A stretch of DNA of 64,000 nucleotides, taken from the NCBI GenBank assembly GCA_030704615.1, contig CM060734.1, positions 56,296,001 through 56,360,000 on the forward strand. Reading direction: 5' to 3'. Shown here in pieces: positions 57,862 through 64,000 of this stretch. The stretch is from Takakia lepidozioides (taxonomy: Eukaryota > Plantae > Bryophyta). Made by a program: the position numbers and the translations under genes. Position 1 is the first letter of the stretch, and every line of letters starts with the position of its first letter. The notes below the pieces were generated by a model. It ran no database searches, was not told the origin of the DNA, and saw only the letters and a list, made by a program, of their open reading frames with translations.

Positions 57862-60670
57862 GTCCAGGTCAAGCAATGAGCAAAGAAGTGCTTTGGCAGG
57901 AGTTCTTCTCATATCCTTCACTGTGGTGGCACAATAGGTTTGACAAGGTGAGGCTCTTTGTCCAGGAGGGCTTCTGACTGTAGATGGCATAGCGATGGTC
58001 TTGTGAACTGGATTATATCGAGTTGGTCAAATTCATAACATTTTTGGTTCTTTGTTGCTGGAACTGCAGACACACCAAAGTATACATTTGCTCTCAGTAA
58101 GTTGTACTTGTTAGTCAAAAGATGTTTGGGGCTGTGGTGGTTATAACCTCGGTCTATGTGAGGCTGTGGTTTCGCTATGGCTGCTGAACTGCCCCCCGGT
58201 AGTTTTTCGCAGAAAAGTCCAAGGTCACCAGACTTCAAGCACACAAAAGCTCCCAAACTTAGCAACCCTGATGGGATGAATCCAGGATGGCTTTTGGTAG
58301 AATGCAAGCATTGGTCCAGTTTAACTTCTCTAGAGTGTGGCCACAAGTCTCCAGCCAGCACAGACTATGGGGAACATCCCTTCTTGATATCCTACAGTTA
58401 GAGTTCTGGGACCAACCTAAGAATGGATATTTTGCCACTAAACAGAGACGAGTGCACTTTCCTCATCCCAGCCCCTAGGGCTGCTAGGTTCCAAAATTAC
58501 ACATGGCCCTGAACAAGCATCCCAGTTTCCTTTTATATATGAAGGAACGGGTTTATCTCATGGAGAGATCTTGAAGTGTCAATGAGCTTTGACATAATTA
58601 TGTGAGTTTAGCTCTAACACAGCTTTCAGCCGTGCAGGATGGCGGGAAGGAGTCAGGCACAGTTGTTTGAAACAGGGACTTCCAACATGAGCAAGGTTTC
58701 TGACAGGGGACCAAGAGAGAGTCTCAACAAAAACTCTTCTGGCACTTGTGGGGATATGAGGACACTATGTAAAGCACGGCAACAAAATAAGGTGCTTGAC
58801 ATTCTGAACCAACCAGGCATTTTTGCAATCCCCGACACCTACGCCTATCTCTTGCAGGAGTGCATCAAAATTAAAGACCTAGAAATTGGAAAACAGGTGC
58901 ATGCCCACATAATCTTTCTATTCAACAACCTTGTCAACATGTATGTGAAGTGCGGTAGTATGGTCCATGCAGGTCAAGTGTTTGACAAAATGCTTGAACG
59001 AAATCTGTTTACATGGACTATAATGATAGGAGGATATGCCAAACATGGGTGTGGCAGGGAAGCGTTATCTACCTATGAGCAAATGATATATGAAGGGTTG
59101 ACGCCCAACAGGGTCACTTTCATTTGCGTTCTCAAGGCATGTGCCAGCCTGGGAAACCTCAAAAAAGGCAAAGAGGTCCATGCTGATATAATTAAAGCTG
59201 GGATTGTGACAGACATCATTCTGGAGAATACTCTTATCGACATGTATGCCAAATGTGGGAGCATGAAGGATGCGTGTCTAGTGTTCAACAATATGGATCA
59301 ACCAGATGTGGTATCATGGAGTTCGATGATTGCAGGTTATGCTCAGTTTGGACCTATGAGCAAATGATACAGGAAAGGGTGGTACACAACAGGGTCACAT
59401 TCTTAATGCATGTGCCAACCTAGGAGCCCTGGAAAAGGGCAAAGAGGTCCATGCCGACATCATCAAAGCAGGAATTGGCCTAGATGTCATGCTGGAGAAT
59501 ACTCTGGTCGACATGTATGCCAAGTGTGGGAGCATAGAGGGTGCATGTCAAGTATTCGACAATATGGCTCAACGCACAGTGGTCTCATGGAGTGCAAAGA
59601 TTGCAGGATATGGTCAGCATGGGTTTGGTAGGGAGGCGCTCCAAATCTATAAGCGAATGATACGGGAAGGGGTGATACCCAACAGGGTCACATTCGTTTG
59701 CGTTCTTAATGCTAGTGCCAGCCTGGCAGCCCTGGAAAAGGGAAAAGAGGTCCATGTGACATCATCAAAGCTGGAATTCCTCCAGATATCATTCTGGAAA
59801 CAGCCCTTGTTGACATGTATGCCAAATGTGGGAATATGACAGATGCACGTCAAGTATTTGACAAAATGGCTGAACAAGATGCGGTCTCGTGGAATGCAAT
59901 GATTGCAGGATATGCTCAGCATGGTTGTGGTAAAGAGGTCCTTCAACTATTTGAACAAATGCAACAGAAAGGCTGGAGGCCGGACCGTGTTACCTTCACA
60001 TGTCTTCTCTCTGCATGTAGCTATGGGGGCCTACTGGATGAAGGCCATCATTACTTTCATTGGATGAGTCAAGCACATAGCCTCGTTCCATCAATGGAGC
60101 ATTTTAGCTGCATGGTGGACCTTCTTGGCCGTGCCGGGAGATTGGATGAGGCAGAGCACTTCATCATCAAAATGCCAATCGAACCAGGTGCTTCAGTGTG
60201 GGGGGCATTGCTTGGTGCCTGCAGAATTCATGGTGATGTGAGGAGGGCAGAACATGCAGCTAAATGTCTTCTCAAGTGTGAACCTCAGGATGCTGCAACT
60301 TATGTGCTGCTATCAAACATCTATGCTGCAGCTGGCAGGTGGGATGATATTAGCAAAGGTGAGAAAAATGATGGTAGACAGAGGTGTCAGAAAGTAGCGA
60401 GGGCAAAGCTGCATTGAGGTGGACAACCTGTTGCATACATTCGTTGTAGAAGACAAAGCACATCCCCAAATTCAGCAGATCCATGCTGAATTGGAGAGAT
60501 TGGCGGGATACGTGCCTGACGCACGGTTTGTATTGCATGATGTGGAGGAGCAGAAGGAATTCTCTCTGTGCCACCACAGTGAGAAATTGGCCATTGCTTT
60601 TGGGCTCATTAATACGCCCTGTGAGAAACCTATCTTTTTCAAGATCACCAGACAGCACCATTGCTGTCAA
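57862..60670 (+). pseudogene. PLS-E-E+-DYW PPR (RNA-editing factor type) pseudogene with an N-terminal PDF motif
   Basis: LWQEFFSYPSLWWHNRFDK|intron|KSPRSPDFKH, repeated P-L-S motifs (NTLIDMYAKCGS, VVSWxxMIAGY), E motif VWGALLGACRIHG, degraded PG box and [15 protein letters not shown]. Frameshifts occur near 59350-59400, 59755 and 60350. Confidence 0.88.
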
Positions 60671-62254
60671 ACAAAGGACATTTTTCCAGGGGAATCGGTT
60701 TCCATATTCAAGGAACTGTGGTCATACTATTGCCTCACCGGTGGTGTTTGGGGTAGAGCAGGTGGGTGCAGGAGGAAGGTAGGTACATAATGTGCGGTCT
60801 ATTCTTTAAAAAGTTAATTTTCTAAAACTTACACCACTTTTTCACTGCACAGCGCAGGGGTCCCGTTGTTTGAAAAGTCAAACTAAGGCATTTAAGGGTT
60901 AATTGTCGTCCCTGAATTAGTTTCAATTGTGATTTCATTGTATCATTCAAATACAAGGTACTTCTACTTGTGCACCATCGCGGGAAGAGTACAGCTCTAG
61001 TACAGACTACAGTCAGACTAGAGGCCGGGTTCTAACGTGGTCCACCCCCTCCTCTGCAAAGGCGAATGGAACATAGGCCATGCCCCTCTGACCTCCCTGG
61101 TTTTGTTCCATCTGGCTCTTGGACAATGTAGATGCAGTCAGGCTTTGATGTCCCGGTTGCCCAGGACGCCCCGGTTCCATGGGAACACAGCCATGACATT
61201 GATCCATCCTCTGAGCTCAGGCATCTAGAAAAAATTACTCAGCCACAACTGAACTAGAGTACCTGGACAGGCTTTTGTTAGGCTAGTATGGCATGTATAC
61301 GATGAACTGAGGTACGGGACAAGTGGATCCCCCACCTCCCCCTCCCTCTCTTCTGCTGTGTGTGTGAGAGAATCATTCTAACATGATTGGGGTTTTTCCT
61401 GGTGAGGGTTTTGTCCTTCACCCAACTTGCAGGGTAACGTTTTCCCTCACAGGTTTTTTCGTCCCTCTCATTCGGATGCAATGAATAGATAGATATATTA
61501 GGATTGCCATTGGTTTGGTTGGGTTTGGATTTGGCTTGGGGGATGATTCTCGCTACTGGTGGCATGGGCGACCTTTACATATGCGAAGGCTGAAGCCCGG
61601 GATTCGACCTTGAAACGGATTCATTTTGTCACTATGTTTAACGATAAAGAGGCTGAACCGTTGGGGCATGTGGGGATTGGTATATGGCGTGAGCACCAAA
61701 AAAACACCACGTGAGCATGATCCACAGTTATGGGGGTGATATGTATGCCAGCGGAAATACATATAATAGACGGACATAGGATCTTTCTGCGTTAATAGGG
61801 TCTACATGGTGTGTAAACATAATCTTAAACATATAGAATGAGCTTGAAAGGGAGAAACCCAAAGAAAAATTAAAAACCAAACCCCAATTTCGCCGACGAA
61901 ACCCAAGTTTTGCTGCAAAAACCCAAGATGTGTTACCCTTTTTTTGGGTGGTTCTTGGGGATGTTCTGCACACAATGTTTTACCAAATGTCACATTATTT
62001 ATGTTTGCTGATCTTTGAGTTCTGGCAAATATGTTTGTGGGTCTTTGCGCTCACTAGAGTTAAGCTTTGGACAATTAATTTCTCTTCGCGTGACCAGATA
62101 GTTTCGTATTTTTTATTTTTCCGCGAGAGCACATTTTGGTTTTGCTAGCGCATATTCTCCGGATTCTTGGGGAGTATGTTAAATATGCCTATGTGCTCAC
62201 GCTACCCAACCTCGGGCATGTTAGTTGGTTCTCTTATTTTAGCAAATGGACTTG

Positions 62255-62313
62255 TCTCTAGGGGCCTGATTTGTGAGCTGTCGCTCCCAGGTGTTTCCCT
62301 TTTGAAAAAAAAA
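62255..62313 (+). mobile_element. 5'-truncated copy of the 17564 SINE
   Basis: A ~40-nt body shared with 17738-17777, a poly(A) tail and a flanking GACTTG direct repeat. Confidence 0.7.
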
Positions 62314-62490
62314 AGACTTGAAAAACATATCAAACTTTGAAAACAAGTGTTGGTGCTTGTGCTTACGTTGGGATGGTCACCGTCTCGCACCTTTTTTTGT
62401 TTTCTTTCTCTAACACAGTGCTTGGGTGATTCCGCAGCAGCTACTGAAAGAGTTGTGGTCCAGTCGTCCAGTCGGGCTGCTGAAGGTACA

Positions 62491-63477
62491 ATGGCTGTTC
62501 GCTTAGCAAAGGCAGTGCCCATGGTGGCACTGGGAGTGTCCACATGGTACGTGCTTTTCAAAGATTCAGAAGAAGCTATGGCTGGGTTTGGGAAAGACTG
62601 TCCCGGTATAGTCTCCTACAGCTGGCGGTTAGGAACTGAACGAGTTGATAGATTCATATGCATACTGGTTCTGTTTTTTGAGAGGACGATTGCCAGTCAC
62701 GAAGGACAGTGGATTGCGGGTTATATCTTGTCGCTGTTGATGTCAGTGTTTGCGTTCATGGCGGTAGAGGGGTCTCGCTACAGGTCCGGGTGGGTGCTCT
62801 CCCTCACCCCATTATTCGCTCTCCTCTTTCAAGTGCTGGGAATCTCGGTGGTGGTGCCCGCAGCCTGGCTACCCGTGTACTTTCTATACGGCTCTGGAGA
62901 TCGTTCAGTTGAGCAAGTATGGACTAGGAAAATTTCGGTGCAGCGCGTGGTGGCCATAGCCTTCTTCTTGCTATTTGTTCAAATCACCATCTTGGGCATG
63001 TTCTTCCCCTTTGAGAGACTGGGGACTGAGATTGCAATATTGGGTTTTCAATTCTCGCCCCTGCTGGTCCCATTTCTCTGGTTACCGTTCAGGACCACCG
63101 AAAAAACCATGATAATGCGCGGACACAAGGGAGTCATCGCTCTCCATCTCCTCCAAGCTGGAGCAGGTCTAGTCTGGCAATTGACTGCAATTCTGTATGC
63201 GGTGCGAGAGCCACAACTGCCTTGGAAGGTCGTCCAGATCCTGCTTTCCTACAAGACACATGAATGGGTCCTCTACTTTCTAATTGTTGATGCGCTGGTT
63301 CTCTTTCTCGCATTCTTTTACTTATCAGTAGTGGAAGATGGGATTCTCGTGGGTTTGTTAGTGACTTTGGGGGCGGTGGCTCTGGGGCCCTCGTTTGCCC
63401 TATCTGCTTACTTCGTGTATAGAGAACAGCGAATATCTGAGGCCGTGGTCCAGTTCAATCGGAAAAAGAGTAAATGA
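62491..63477 (+). CDS. Intronless polytopic membrane protein (~328 aa, about 7-8 hydrophobic segments), CtvD-like motif pattern
   Basis: Long uninterrupted ORF starting at ACAATGGCT. Motifs VEGSR, LLFQVLGISVVVP and LGPSFALSAYFVYRE. Confidence 0.8.
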   Translation: MAVRLAKAVPMVALGVSTWYVLFKDSEEAMAGFGKDCPGIVSYSWRLGTERVDRFICILVLFFERTIASHEGQWIAGYILSLLMSVFAFMAVEGSRYRSGWVLSLTPLFALLFQVLGISVVVPAAWLPVYFLYGSGDRSVEQVWTRKISVQRVVAIAFFLLFVQITILGMFFPFERLGTEIAILGFQFSPLLVPFLWLPFRTTEKTMIMRGHKGVIALHLLQAGAGLVWQLTAILYAVREPQLPWKVVQILLSYKTHEWVLYFLIVDALVLFLAFFYLSVVEDGILVGLLVTLGAVALGPSFALSAYFVYREQRISEAVVQFNRKKSK

Positions 63478-64000
63478 AGGGCTTCAAAGTGATAAATTCC
63501 CATATGTATCAAACAAGTCTCTGTTTACAAGTGCTTCCAAGCTTGAAAGACTAATTTCTGACATGAACTAAATTTTGTAAGGTGTGCGGCCCGAAGAGAT
63601 GGAATCAACTTTCAATGGCCACCGAAAACGTAAAAGAAACAGAGAGGGCACTAGAAAACGAGGTTTGAAGTGTGTGGAGACAGTTTCATTTCCCAGCAAA
63701 GGAGACCATAGTCAAATCCGACACATTCTATACGTGCTAACTGCCTTGGGGAAACTGACAGTCAGCTTGCAACATGGAAGAATGGTGCAAAGTCAGGCAT
63801 CTTGATGTGGTTATGTGCCTTTAGGACCAGTTTGCTGCAACTTGGTCCAAGGTTTCTTTGGTCTTGGTCCCTAGTCTAAAGTGGCCCTTATAGCAAACCT
63901 ACATGAGGGGACTATACAACCGCCCTTTACCGTGGGCCTTAAGCACCGTGTGCCTAATATGTAAGGCTAGGGCAGCTTTAATATTATTTGTATTTATGGG

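Overview
Eukaryotic nuclear DNA, most likely from a non-seed land plant. This is inferred from spliceosomal multi-exon genes, PLS-class PPR-DYW sequences and a Tcn1-like Ty3 element. Four intact multi-exon genes lie on the minus strand: a SOUL heme-binding protein, a plastid-type chorismate mutase, a cytosolic-type glucose-6-phosphate isomerase and a UFM1-specific protease. Near the right end is an intronless polytopic membrane-protein gene resembling fungal CtvD-like proteins. The rest is TE-rich: Ty3 remnants, L1 and RTEX-like LINE fragments, tRNA-derived SINEs and MITEs. Four items stand out. (1) A decayed Dualen/RandI-like LINE 3' half (50708-53430) carries chromodomain-like, PCIF1/CAPAM methyltransferase-like, RNase H, CCHC and restriction-like endonuclease motifs, and a 46-bp TSD-flanked copy of its 3' tip sits at 45818. 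(2) A head-to-head pair of PPR pseudogenes each begins with an intron-split OSB-type ssDNA-binding PDF motif. (3) The Ty3 element shows a Tf1-style self-priming signature. (4) A near-identical 470-bp ORF-plus-hairpin unit is present twice in inverted orientation 32 kb apart. All family assignments come from manual motif reading with no database search, and exon boundaries were read by eye.
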